Assembly (NCBI GenBank): GCA_903858875.1
Contig: CAIOKP010000266.1
Coordinates: forward strand, 16,442-80,441
Length of the DNA: 64,000 bases
Reading direction: 5' to 3'
DNA from: an uncultured Sphingomonadales bacterium
GTDB lineage: Bacteria; Pseudomonadota; Alphaproteobacteria; Sphingomonadales; Sphingomonadaceae
The notes below the pieces were generated by a model. That model searched no databases, was not told the DNA's origin, and was given only the letters and a program-made list of their open reading frames with translations. Positions within the stretch are counted from its first letter, which is position 1. Each line of letters begins with the position of its first letter. A program made the position numbers and the translations under genes. Positions 55,531 to 64,000 of this stretch are shown piece after piece.

Positions 55531-57669
55531 ATGAACAAGCTGTTTTCGACCGCTAACCTGTCATCGCTGGCGCTGCCGGGTGGGATTTTGACGATTATCG
55601 TGTTGATGGTCGTGCCGATCCCGGCGTTTATGCTCGACCTGTTCTTTGTGTTTAACATCGCGATGTCGGTCGCGGTGCTGATGGCCGCGATGAACGCGAC
55701 CAAGCCGCTGGATTTCTCGTCTTTCCCTACCGTTCTGCTGTTTGCGACCTTGCTGCGCCTGGCGCTCAATGTGGCCTCCACCCGCGTTGTGCTAGTGCAT
55801 GGGCATGAAGGGTCGAGCGCGGCGGGCCATGTGATCGAGGCCTTTGGCGCCTTTCTGATCGGCGGCAATTTCGCGGTGGGCCTGTTTGTGTTCATGATCC
55901 TGATGATCATCAACATGGTGGTGATCACCAAGGGCGCGGGCCGCGTGTCGGAAGTGTCGGCTCGCTTCACCCTCGATGCCATGCCCGGCAAGCAGATGGC
56001 CATCGACGCGGATCTGGCCGGCGGCCTGATTACCGCCGATGAGGCCCGCACCCGCCGCCGCGAAGTTTCGACCGAGGCCGATTTCTATGGCTCGATGGAT
56101 GGTGCGTCGAAATTCGTGAAGGGCGACGCCGTCGCCGCCTTGCTGATTTTGGGCGTCAACATCATCGCGGGCTTTTGCCTCGGGATGATTTCGCACGGGT
56201 TGAGCGCCAGCGATGCCGCCGGTCGCTATATCAGTCTGGCCATTGGTGACGCGCTGGTGGCGCAGGTGCCGGGGCTGTTGCTGTCGATTGCCGCCGCCGT
56301 GATCGTCACCCGCGTGTCCGACACGCGCAATCTGGCGGGCCAGATCGGCGGGCAATTCGCCGATGCCAGCACGTGGTTGCCGGTGGCAATGATTCTGCTG
56401 GCCATCGGCCTGATTCCCGCGATGCCGCAAAGCGTGTTTCTGCCCGCATCGGGCATCGCGTTCTGGATCTGGAAATCGTTGAAGTCCCGCACGGCGCGGC
56501 AAAAGGTCGAGGACGAAACGCCGGCGCCGGTCGCGGCCGCCGATCCGGGCAAGATCAACCTTGACGAGGTCAGCGATCACACGCTGGTCACGATCGAGCT
56601 GGGCTATGGCCTGGTGCAATTGGTTGATGACCGGCGCGGCGCGCCCTTGGTGTCGCGCGTCACCGGTGTGCGCAAACAATTGTCGCAAAACTTTGGCTTT
56701 ATCGTGCCGCAGTTCCGGGTCCGCGATTCGCTTGATGTGGCGCCCAACGATTATCGTATCCTGTTGGGCGGTGTGCCGCTGGGTGGGATGACGATCCGGC
56801 TCGACAAGGTGATGGCGATCGACGCGGGCGAATCCAATCCCACGGCCAATCTGCAAGGCGATGTCACCCGCGACCCCAGCTTTGGCTGTCCTGCGCGCTG
56901 GATCGACCCCGCGCAGCGTGACCTGGCCATCGCCGAGGGCTTTTTGACCGTCGATGGCAGCACGATCATCGCGACCCATCTCAACCAATTATTGTCCGAA
57001 CGGCCGCAGGCGTTGCTGACCCCTGACGAAGTCAAGGCGCTGCTCGATGGGCTCAAGACGCGCGCGGCGGGTTTGGTGGAAACCGTGTATCCCTCACCGC
57101 TGACGCTGGCCGCGATGACCCGCCTGCTGCGCAACCTGTTGGAAGACGGCATTCCCATCGGCCACCTCGGCCCGATCCTGTCCAGCATCAGCCAGGCGGT
57201 GCAACAAACGCAGGACCACGATCGCATTATCGATCTGGTGCGCGCCGATCTCGGGGCCTTGATCGTCGGGCGGATTTGTTCGCTCAGCGAGCGGTTGCCA
57301 GTGGTCACACTCGACGCCTCGTTAGAGGCGATGATCGGCGGTGGGATGATTGATCCCACCACCGGGCAACCCGTAATCGAGCCTGATCTTGCCCGCACCA
57401 TCGGCGAAAGGGTGAGCGCGATCATGGCGGCACGCAGCAACGGTGCGGCGATCTCGTTAATCGTTCAGCCGCGCCTGCGCCGGGCCGTTGCCGCGCTGTT
57501 GCGACTGCGTGCGCCAGGCTGTGTCGTGATGTCCATTGCCGAATTGCCGGAAAATCAGCCGGTCGAGGTGATCGCCGTCGTGGGCGGTGACCCGGAACCC
57601 TTGCTGGGACTGCCCGGTCCTGACGATTCCTCTCCTGCCAGCCAACCTGTTGAAAGCATGGCCGCATGA
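55531..57669 (+). CDS. flhA: Flagellar export gate FlhA
   Basis: ARFTLDAMPGKQMAIDADL, FYGSMDGASKFVKGDA. Confidence 0.98.
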   Translation: MNKLFSTANLSSLALPGGILTIIVLMVVPIPAFMLDLFFVFNIAMSVAVLMAAMNATKPLDFSSFPTVLLFATLLRLALNVASTRVVLVHGHEGSSAAGHVIEAFGAFLIGGNFAVGLFVFMILMIINMVVITKGAGRVSEVSARFTLDAMPGKQMAIDADLAGGLITADEARTRRREVSTEADFYGSMDGASKFVKGDAVAALLILGVNIIAGFCLGMISHGLSASDAAGRYISLAIGDALVAQVPGLLLSIAAAVIVTRVSDTRNLAGQIGGQFADASTWLPVAMILLAIGLIPAMPQSVFLPASGIAFWIWKSLKSRTARQKVEDETPAPVAAADPGKINLDEVSDHTLVTIELGYGLVQLVDDRRGAPLVSRVTGVRKQLSQNFGFIVPQFRVRDSLDVAPNDYRILLGGVPLGGMTIRLDKVMAIDAGESNPTANLQGDVTRDPSFGCPARWIDPAQRDLAIAEGFLTVDGSTIIATHLNQLLSERPQALLTPDEVKALLDGLKTRAAGLVETVYPSPLTLAAMTRLLRNLLEDGIPIGHLGPILSSISQAVQQTQDHDRIIDLVRADLGALIVGRICSLSERLPVVTLDASLEAMIGGGMIDPTTGQPVIEPDLARTIGERVSAIMAARSNGAAISLIVQPRLRRAVAALLRLRAPGCVVMSIAELPENQPVEVIAVVGGDPEPLLGLPGPDDSSPASQPVESMAA

Positions 57670-58451
57670 AACACGACCCGAAATCTTTTTTGACAGGCAC
57701 GCCAATTTCGCCGCCCGTCGGTGTTCGCCCGATCGGGGCACGCCGGGCCGCCGCCGCCTATGGCGGCGATGCCGGCGACCGGGTGCGCCGCTTTATGCCG
57801 ATGGTTCGGCGCATGGCATGGCATCTGAACTCTTCGGGCCGGGGCGGCATAGAGGTCGAGGATCTGATGCAGGCCGGTCTGGTCGCGCTGACCGAATGTG
57901 CCCAGCGACATAATGGCCCGGGCGAGGATGGCTTTGCCGCCTATGCCAAGATGCGGGTGCGCGGGGCGATGGTCGATCTGATCCGCCGTCATGTGCCGCT
58001 GTCGCGCGGCGCGGTTGAACGGCGCCGGATGATGCGCGAAAAGACACAGGTGCTGACCGGGGAATTGGGGCGCGAACCAACCGAGAGCGAATTGGCGCTT
58101 GCGCTGGGCATTACGCTGGGTGAAATGGATGTTTTGCGGTCAACCTCCGAACCGCTGCGTTTCGAGACGCTCGACGACACCTATTCGGACAGCAGCATGG
58201 CCTTTGCCGATGATGCGCCCGATAGCCTTGCATTGCTGGCTGACGAGGAATTGCGGTCCAGCGTGGCCGGCGCGATTGGTGATTTGCCCGAACGGTTGCA
58301 ATTGGTAATCCAATTGTATTTCGTCGAAGAAATGAACCTTGCCGAAATCGCCGAGGTGTTGAGCGTATCCATCCCCCGCGTGCATCAGCTCAAAGCGCAG
58401 GCGCTGGAAAAATTACGCGCCGCGTTGAAGGATGTTGCCGAAGTGTTGTGA
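57666..58451 (+). CDS. fliA: RNA polymerase sigma28 FliA
   Basis: EDLMQAG, YAKMRVRGAMVD, LPERLQLVIQLYFVEEMNLAEIA; overlaps flhA stop. Confidence 0.95.
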   Translation: MKHDPKSFLTGTPISPPVGVRPIGARRAAAAYGGDAGDRVRRFMPMVRRMAWHLNSSGRGGIEVEDLMQAGLVALTECAQRHNGPGEDGFAAYAKMRVRGAMVDLIRRHVPLSRGAVERRRMMREKTQVLTGELGREPTESELALALGITLGEMDVLRSTSEPLRFETLDDTYSDSSMAFADDAPDSLALLADEELRSSVAGAIGDLPERLQLVIQLYFVEEMNLAEIAEVLSVSIPRVHQLKAQALEKLRAALKDVAEVL

Positions 58452-58530
58452 TGGCCAATAGGTCGACCTTGGTACAAGGATGCCGATGGACCATTGCCGT
58501 GATGCGGTAACGCTGCTACGCGATTTCGCT

Positions 58531-59229
58531 ATGTCAGCATGTGATCAATGTCTTGTGCGCAATCGTGCGATTTGCGCCGCGCTCGACAAGGACGAGATCA
58601 ATTCGCTGAACGCGATTGGTCGTCGGCGCAGTTTGGTTGCTGGCGAATCGCTGATCTGGGAAGGCGAGGATTCGGTCCTTGTCGCCAATGTGATCGAAGG
58701 CGTGCTGAAACTTTCCACCGGGACCGAGGACGGTCGCGAACAGATCGTCGGCGTGGTGTATCCCTCGGACTTCATTGGCCGGCCGTTTGGCGGCAAGACC
58801 AACCATGGCGTCACCGCTTTGACCGATGCGCGCGTTTGCGTGTTCAGCCGGGGCGATTTTGACGCCTTTGCGCGTGAACATCCCGCGCTCGAACATAAAT
58901 TGTTGCAGCGGACCTTGACCGAGCTGGATCGGACGCGGGGCTGGATGCTGTTGCTGGGGCGCAAGTCAGCCAGCGAAAAGGTCGCCAGTTTCCTGCTCGA
59001 ATTGTCGGATCGCCTGTCGCCTGTGACTTGTGAAACGACGCATAGCGGTGCAGCCGCGCGATTTGTCCTGCCGTTTTCGCGGCAGCAGATCGCCGATGTG
59101 CTGGGCCTAACCATCGAGACGGTCAGCCGTCAATTCACCCGGTTGCGCAACGAAGCCATCATCGAATTGCCGTCGCGCCGCGAAGTGGTGATCCACGATC
59201 GGCAGGCGCTGATTTCCGAGGCCGGCTGA
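58531..59229 (+). CDS. fnr: FNR-type Crp/Fnr regulator with Fe-S cysteines (FnrN/FnrL-like)
   Basis: N-terminal C-x2-C-x7-C, internal VCVF, HTH IADVLGLTIETVSR; next to ccoNOQP. Confidence 0.9.
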   Translation: MSACDQCLVRNRAICAALDKDEINSLNAIGRRRSLVAGESLIWEGEDSVLVANVIEGVLKLSTGTEDGREQIVGVVYPSDFIGRPFGGKTNHGVTALTDARVCVFSRGDFDAFAREHPALEHKLLQRTLTELDRTRGWMLLLGRKSASEKVASFLLELSDRLSPVTCETTHSGAAARFVLPFSRQQIADVLGLTIETVSRQFTRLRNEAIIELPSRREVVIHDRQALISEAG

Positions 59230-59348
59230 CCCTGCACTTGGCAGTGGTCTGAATTCCCATGTATCGCGGTGTCGCGCTCGGGCGGCGCCATCCGCCCAAA
59301 AGGGCGGCACCGCCCGCGCCCCATGTTGCGCGAACGGTGCCTGTACAA

Positions 59349-60059
59349 TCAGAAGCGGTAGGCGATACCGGCGCTCAGCACCCAAGGGTTGAGGTGAACC
59401 TTGGCATCCAGCGTATCCCCAAGCGCCGCTGTGTAGAAGTGCGCGTTGGTGTTGACGAAATACTTCTTGGCATCAAGGCTGAGGCTGTACCCGTTGCCCA
59501 CTGGCACATCGACACCGGCCTGGACGACGGCGCCCACATCGCTGGACAGCTTGGTACGGGTGATGCCAAAGCTGCTCTGAAGCGCCGCACTGGGGCGGTC
59601 GTTGATCCATGCGAACAGCGTTGGGCCAGCGCCGATATAGGGCTTGATGCCAGCGGGCAGCAGGCCGACGAAATGGTACTTCGCGGTCAGCGTGAACGGA
59701 ATGACCTGCGCGTGATCAACCAGGCCAACGCCGCCAAGCGCGGGCGACGAGACGTGGTGCGAGCTGATCCCGGCGATGGTCTCGACCGAGACGCTGGGCA
59801 TCACGAAATATTCGACCGCGATGGTTGGCGTGACATTGTCGTTGGCCGTGGTGTTGAGACCATTGAGCGGACCGGTCGTGGCGGTCAGGCTGTGTGGATC
59901 GGTGACGGTGGACAGGCTGCCGCTGGGCAACACATCGGTGGCCAGCACCTTGAACTGGAACTTGCCGTTGTCATTGTTTTCGGCATGAGCGGCGCCGGCC
60001 AGCGCAGTGGTGGCGGCAAAAGCGGTCAGCACGGCTGCGACCTTCGAGATCTTCTGCAT
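59349..60059 (-). CDS. ompW: OmpW family outer membrane protein
   Basis: Signal peptide, PFTLTAKYHF, KPYIGAG, LDAKK, NPWVLSAGIAYRF. Confidence 0.92.
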   Translation of the reverse strand: MQKISKVAAVLTAFAATTALAGAAHAENNDNGKFQFKVLATDVLPSGSLSTVTDPHSLTATTGPLNGLNTTANDNVTPTIAVEYFVMPSVSVETIAGISSHHVSSPALGGVGLVDHAQVIPFTLTAKYHFVGLLPAGIKPYIGAGPTLFAWINDRPSAALQSSFGITRTKLSSDVGAVVQAGVDVPVGNGYSLSLDAKKYFVNTNAHFYTAALGDTLDAKVHLNPWVLSAGIAYRF

Positions 60060-60149
60060 ATTCCCTGATCCTTCGCCGCGCCATCCACCCTGTGTGGATC
60101 CTTCTTCACGGCGTCGGGGGTCATTTGCGACGGTCGCGCCCGTTCGACA

Positions 60150-60185
60150 TTGATCGGGGACAAGCCGGTTTTTGATCTGGCGCAA
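60150..60185. promoter_or_regulatory. Two FNR/FixK-like boxes upstream of ompW
   Basis: TTGAT-CGGG-GACAA (60150-60163) and TTGAT-CTGG-CGCAA (60172-60185). Confidence 0.65.
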
Positions 60186-60318
60186 ATATGCCACATAATG
60201 TGGCTTGTTTGCAACAGTTGCGCGCTGGGGGAGGCGCGTGCGACCATTTAGGAACCTTGTTGGATCAATTCTCGATCCGCGGGGCAGGCGGTAATCATTT
60301 CCCGCCGGTCAGTTTGTT

Positions 60319-60332
60319 TTGACTGGAATCAA
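60319..60332 (+). promoter_or_regulatory. FNR/FixK box of ccoNOQP
   Basis: TTGAC-TGGA-ATCAA, about 63 nt before ccoN. Confidence 0.85.
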
Positions 60333-60395
60333 TGTGGAGCGGGGTAGGTGCTGCGCATAGGCTGAACGCTTCCATTAACCAGAGAGGGAAGGCTC

Positions 60396-62051
60396 ATGGT
60401 TACAGTACTCTCGCGTGCCGGAATCTGGCTCGCGCTACTACTCGCATCCATATTGGCCATGGTTGGCGCCAAAGATACCGGCTTTGCCATTCAAATGGGC
60501 ATTGTTGCGTTGGCGACCGTCATTGGCCTGTGGGTTTCCATCAGCAAGCCCGATTACAGCCGTTTGGCTAACGGGCTGGCGCCGCCTGTTGCGGATCAGT
60601 CGAAATATTACGACGACGTGATCCGTTGGGGTGTGATCGCAACCGTGTTTTGGGGGATGGCTGGCTTTATTGGCGGCCTTCTGATCGCTACACAATTGTC
60701 GTTCCCGGTGTTCAACTTCGAGCCTTACCTCAACTTCGGGCGCTTGCGTCCGTTGCATACGTCGGCGGTCATTTTCGCTTTCGGGGGCAACGCGCTGATC
60801 GCGACCAGCTTTTACGTTGTGCAGCGGACCTGCCGCGCGAGGCTGGCGTTTCCGGGTCTCGCCCGTTTCGTGTTCTGGGGTTACCAGTTGTTTATTGTGC
60901 TGGCCGCCACGGGGTACTTGCTGGGTATCACGCAGGGCAAGGAATATGCCGAGCCTGAATGGTATGTCGATATCTGGCTGACCGTTGTCTGGGTCGCCTA
61001 TCTGATTGTGTTTGGCGGAACGATCCTCAAGCGGTCCGAACCGCATATCTATGTCGCCAACTGGTTCTACCTGTCGTTCATCATCACGGTGGCTATGCTG
61101 CATCTGGTGAACAATCTGGCGATCCCGGTCAGCTTCCTGGGTTCGCACTCCGTCTCGTACTTTGGCGGCGTTCAAGGTGCGTTGGTGCAGTGGTGGTATG
61201 GCCATAATGCGGTGGGCTTTTTCCTGACCGCTGGTTTCCTGGGCATGATGTATTATTTCGTGCCAAAGCAAGCGCAGCGTCCGGTCTATTCCTATCGCCT
61301 GTCGATCATCCACTTCTGGGCGCTGATCTTCCTGTATATCTGGGCAGGGCCACATCACCTCCACTATACCGCGCTGCCCGATTGGGCGCAGACGCTGGGC
61401 ATGGTGTTCTCGGTCATGCTGTGGATGCCGAGCTGGGGCGGGATGATCAACGGTCTGATGACGCTGAACGGCGCATGGGACAAGTTGCGGACCGATCCGA
61501 TCCTGCGCATGTTTGTGATGTCTCTGGCATTCTACGGCATGAGCACGTTCGAAGGCCCGATGATGGCGATCAAGTCGGTGAACTCGCTGTCGCACTACAC
61601 CAACTGGACGATTGGCCACGTGCACTCTGGTGCGCTGGGTTGGAACGGCATGGTGACGTTTGGCGCGATTTACTATCTCGTGCCGCGTCTGTGGGGTCGT
61701 GAGCGGATGTATTCGCTGCGCATGGTCAACTGGCATTTCTGGACGGCAACCATTGGCATCGTGTTCTATGCGTCGTCCATGTGGGTCGCCGGTATTACCC
61801 AGGGTCTGATGTGGCGTGAATACGGCGCTGATGGCTATCTGGTGAACAGCTTTGCCGACGCCGTCGCCGCCATCCATCCGATGTATGTTCTGCGCGCCCT
61901 TGGTGGTGTGCTCTACTTGTCGGGTGCGTGCATTATGACCTTCAACGTGTGGAAGACCATCGCTGGTAGCCTGCGCGACGAAGCTCCGATGTACAACATC
62001 GATCACCATGCCGCAGCCGACCATCCGTTGGTCGCTGCTCAAGCCGCGTGA
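60396..62051 (+). CDS. ccoN: cbb3 cytochrome c oxidase subunit I
   Basis: [36 protein letters not shown]. Confidence 0.98.
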   Translation: MVTVLSRAGIWLALLLASILAMVGAKDTGFAIQMGIVALATVIGLWVSISKPDYSRLANGLAPPVADQSKYYDDVIRWGVIATVFWGMAGFIGGLLIATQLSFPVFNFEPYLNFGRLRPLHTSAVIFAFGGNALIATSFYVVQRTCRARLAFPGLARFVFWGYQLFIVLAATGYLLGITQGKEYAEPEWYVDIWLTVVWVAYLIVFGGTILKRSEPHIYVANWFYLSFIITVAMLHLVNNLAIPVSFLGSHSVSYFGGVQGALVQWWYGHNAVGFFLTAGFLGMMYYFVPKQAQRPVYSYRLSIIHFWALIFLYIWAGPHHLHYTALPDWAQTLGMVFSVMLWMPSWGGMINGLMTLNGAWDKLRTDPILRMFVMSLAFYGMSTFEGPMMAIKSVNSLSHYTNWTIGHVHSGALGWNGMVTFGAIYYLVPRLWGRERMYSLRMVNWHFWTATIGIVFYASSMWVAGITQGLMWREYGADGYLVNSFADAVAAIHPMYVLRALGGVLYLSGACIMTFNVWKTIAGSLRDEAPMYNIDHHAAADHPLVAAQAA

Positions 62052-62059
62052 GGTGAGCC

Positions 62060-62821
62060 ATGACTGCTGAATCCAAGCAACCCTTCGCCTGGCACGGTAA
62101 GCTTGAGCGAAACATCACCCTTCTGGGCGTTTGCGCTCTGGTGGCGGTGCTGATCGGCGGTATCGTCGAAATAGCTCCGCTGTTCTGGATCGATAACACG
62201 ATCGAGAAGGTCAAGGGGATGCGTCCCTATACACCGCTCGAACAGGCGGGTTTCGACATCTATGTACGTGAAGGCTGCTACCTGTGCCACAGCCAGATGA
62301 TCCGTCCGTTCCGTGACGAGGTCGAACGCTATGGCCACTACAGCCTTGCCGCGGAATCGATGTACGACCACCCGTTCCAGTGGGGTTCTGAACGTACCGG
62401 CCCCGACCTCGCCCGGGTGGGTGGCAAGTATTCGGATGCATGGCATGTCCAGCATCTGAGTGCGCCACGCTCCGTCGTGCCGGAATCGATCATGCCGAAC
62501 TACTCGTTCCTCGCCAAGAACGACCTGAAGGCGGGCGACATGAGTGCGGAATTGACCGCCCTCTATCACGCCGGCGTCCCCTATTCGAAGGACGCCATCG
62601 CCAAGGCCAACGACGACCTGAAAACTCAGGCCGATCCGAACGCCGACGCGACCGGGCTACAGGCGCGCTATCCCAAGGCGCAGGCGCGCGACTTTGACGG
62701 CAACCCCAAACGCCTGACCGAGATGGACGCGGTTATCGCCTATCTCCAGGTGCTGGGCACGATGGTCGATGTCGACGCTGCTGCGGCGCAGGAGCAACTC
62801 GCCAAGGAGAAGGGCCGGTGA
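62060..62821 (+). CDS. ccoO: cbb3 oxidase subunit II
   Basis: [23 protein letters not shown]. Confidence 0.98.
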   Translation: MTAESKQPFAWHGKLERNITLLGVCALVAVLIGGIVEIAPLFWIDNTIEKVKGMRPYTPLEQAGFDIYVREGCYLCHSQMIRPFRDEVERYGHYSLAAESMYDHPFQWGSERTGPDLARVGGKYSDAWHVQHLSAPRSVVPESIMPNYSFLAKNDLKAGDMSAELTALYHAGVPYSKDAIAKANDDLKTQADPNADATGLQARYPKAQARDFDGNPKRLTEMDAVIAYLQVLGTMVDVDAAAAQEQLAKEKGR

Positions 62822-62991
62822 ACGCAACAGCACTGTATGACGCCCTTCGCCATTTCGCCGACAGCTGGGGGCTGGCGGCGATGGTGGTCTGCTTTGTGGC
62901 ACTGTGTGCATGGCCCTTTCGGCGTGGTGGCCGACAGGACAGCGACGTGGCTGCCAAAATGATCTTCGAGGAAGATGACAATGGCAAATAA
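62818..62991 (+). CDS. ccoQ: cbb3 oxidase subunit CcoQ (57 aa, below the ORF-track size)
   Basis: Read manually: GTG start, [27 protein letters not shown] at 62989-62991. Confidence 0.93.
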   Translation: MNATALYDALRHFADSWGLAAMVVCFVALCAWPFRRGGRQDSDVAAKMIFEEDDNGK

Positions 62992-63928
62992 GCGCATTGA
63001 CGAGCCCACCGGCACCGAGACGATGGGCCATGAATGGGATGGCATCGAAGAACTGAACACGCCACTGCCAAGCTGGTGGCTGTACACTTTCTATGCCTGC
63101 ATCCTGTTTTCTATCGGATATGTTGTGGTCTATCCGGCGATACCGGGTCTGCACAGCGCGTCGCAAGGCACCGCCGGGTGGAGCAGCCGGGGCCAATTGT
63201 CGCAGGAAATGGCTGCGGCCCAAACCGCCCGCGCGCCGATGCTCGCCGCGCTGGCCGCTACGCCGATCGAGGATTTGCCCAAAAAGCCTGAGCTGATGGC
63301 TCAAGCGGTTGCGGGCGGTCGGGCGGCCTTCAAGGTCAATTGCGTCGCGTGCCACGGTTCGGGCGCGGCCGGCTCTGTCGGCTTCCCGAACCTCAACGAC
63401 GATGACTGGCTGTGGGGCGGTACGCTGACTGACATCCAGACGACGCTGACCCACGGTATTCGCCAGCCCGGCGATGCCGAAACCCGCATGAGCCTGATGC
63501 CCGCGTTTGGGCGTGACGGTATCCTGCAACCAGCGCAAGTTCAGGATGTGGTGAGCTTTGTGCGCACCCTGTCCGCGCTGGAACCCAAGAGCGCGGCATC
63601 GGAACGCGGCAGCGCGATCTTCGCTGCCAACTGCGTTGCGTGCCACGGCCCCGAAGGCAAGGGCGGTCGCCAATTCGGCGCGCCGAACCTGGCCGACAAG
63701 GTCTGGCTCTATGGTGGCAGCCGCGAGGCGATCACCAATACGGTTACCAATGCGCATGCCGGCGTGATGCCTGCATGGGGTGGGCGGCTTGACCCGGTGA
63801 CAATCAAGATGCTGGCGGCCTATGTCCACTCGCTGGGTGGTGGCGAAGCTTTCGCCAAACCTGCCGAGGGTGCCGCTGCCCCCGCGACCGCCGCGGCGGC
63901 AAACGGAGCATCTAATGGTCAACCTTGA
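62981..63928 (+). CDS. ccoP: cbb3 oxidase subunit III
   Basis: GHEWDGIEELNTPLP; two CxxCH (CVACH) haem motifs. Confidence 0.98.
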   Translation: MANKRIDEPTGTETMGHEWDGIEELNTPLPSWWLYTFYACILFSIGYVVVYPAIPGLHSASQGTAGWSSRGQLSQEMAAAQTARAPMLAALAATPIEDLPKKPELMAQAVAGGRAAFKVNCVACHGSGAAGSVGFPNLNDDDWLWGGTLTDIQTTLTHGIRQPGDAETRMSLMPAFGRDGILQPAQVQDVVSFVRTLSALEPKSAASERGSAIFAANCVACHGPEGKGGRQFGAPNLADKVWLYGGSREAITNTVTNAHAGVMPAWGGRLDPVTIKMLAAYVHSLGGGEAFAKPAEGAAAPATAAAANGASNGQP

Positions 63929-64000
63929 CCCCAAGACCCAGCCGAAGGGGGGGCAGTCTCCGGCTGCCCCTTCCCGGTTGCACCAGGATCGCAAGGGCGT
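63915..64000 (+). CDS. ccoG: Probable start of CcoG/FixG, truncated by window edge
   Basis: GGAG SD, ATG 63915, frame open to the end (MVNLDPKTQPKGG...RLHQDRKG); identity rests on gene order only. Confidence 0.55.
   Translation, partial: MVNLDPKTQPKGGQSPAAPSRLHQDRKG

Noticed and set aside
1-64000. CRISPR array, tRNA, rRNA, prophage or defence system
   Set aside because: No spaced repeat array or recognisable signatures seen by eye

Overview
GC-rich alphaproteobacterial chromosome segment; gene content and order suggest Sphingomonadaceae, possibly Novosphingobium-like (inference). From left to right: a 5'-truncated hybrid histidine kinase with a REC-LuxR regulator; two divergent RidA proteins with signal peptides; an M50-CBS protease and a polysaccharide deacetylase; a chemotaxis operon (mcp, mcp, STAS, cheA, cheR, cheB, cheD, cheY, cheW, cheT-like); an orphan CheB paralogue and an atypical FixJ-like regulator. 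A flagellar locus of about 39 kb follows (19.3-58.5 kb) with a sigma54 activator, FliA and FlgM, one flagellin, a normal MotAB and a second degenerate MotA/MotB-like pair. The window ends with fnr, ompW, ccoNOQP and the start of ccoG. Best leads: (1) an insert next to flagellin whose 822-aa protein has the HAD-phosphatase plus PRPP-binding motifs of PRPP-dependent ribofuranosyltransferases, flanked by an FAD oxidoreductase and an aldo-keto reductase; (2) two unannotated structured RNA candidates with C-rich, anti-Shine-Dalgarno-like loops on either side of the che cluster; (3) several non-canonical motor and chemotaxis parts (CheB without catalytic His, FliM without the CheY-binding peptide, Cys-less FlgH, short FlgE/FlgD, second stator-like pair). 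No CRISPR array, rRNA, tRNA or mobile element was recognised. All calls come from motif reading by eye; no database search or RNA folding program was run.
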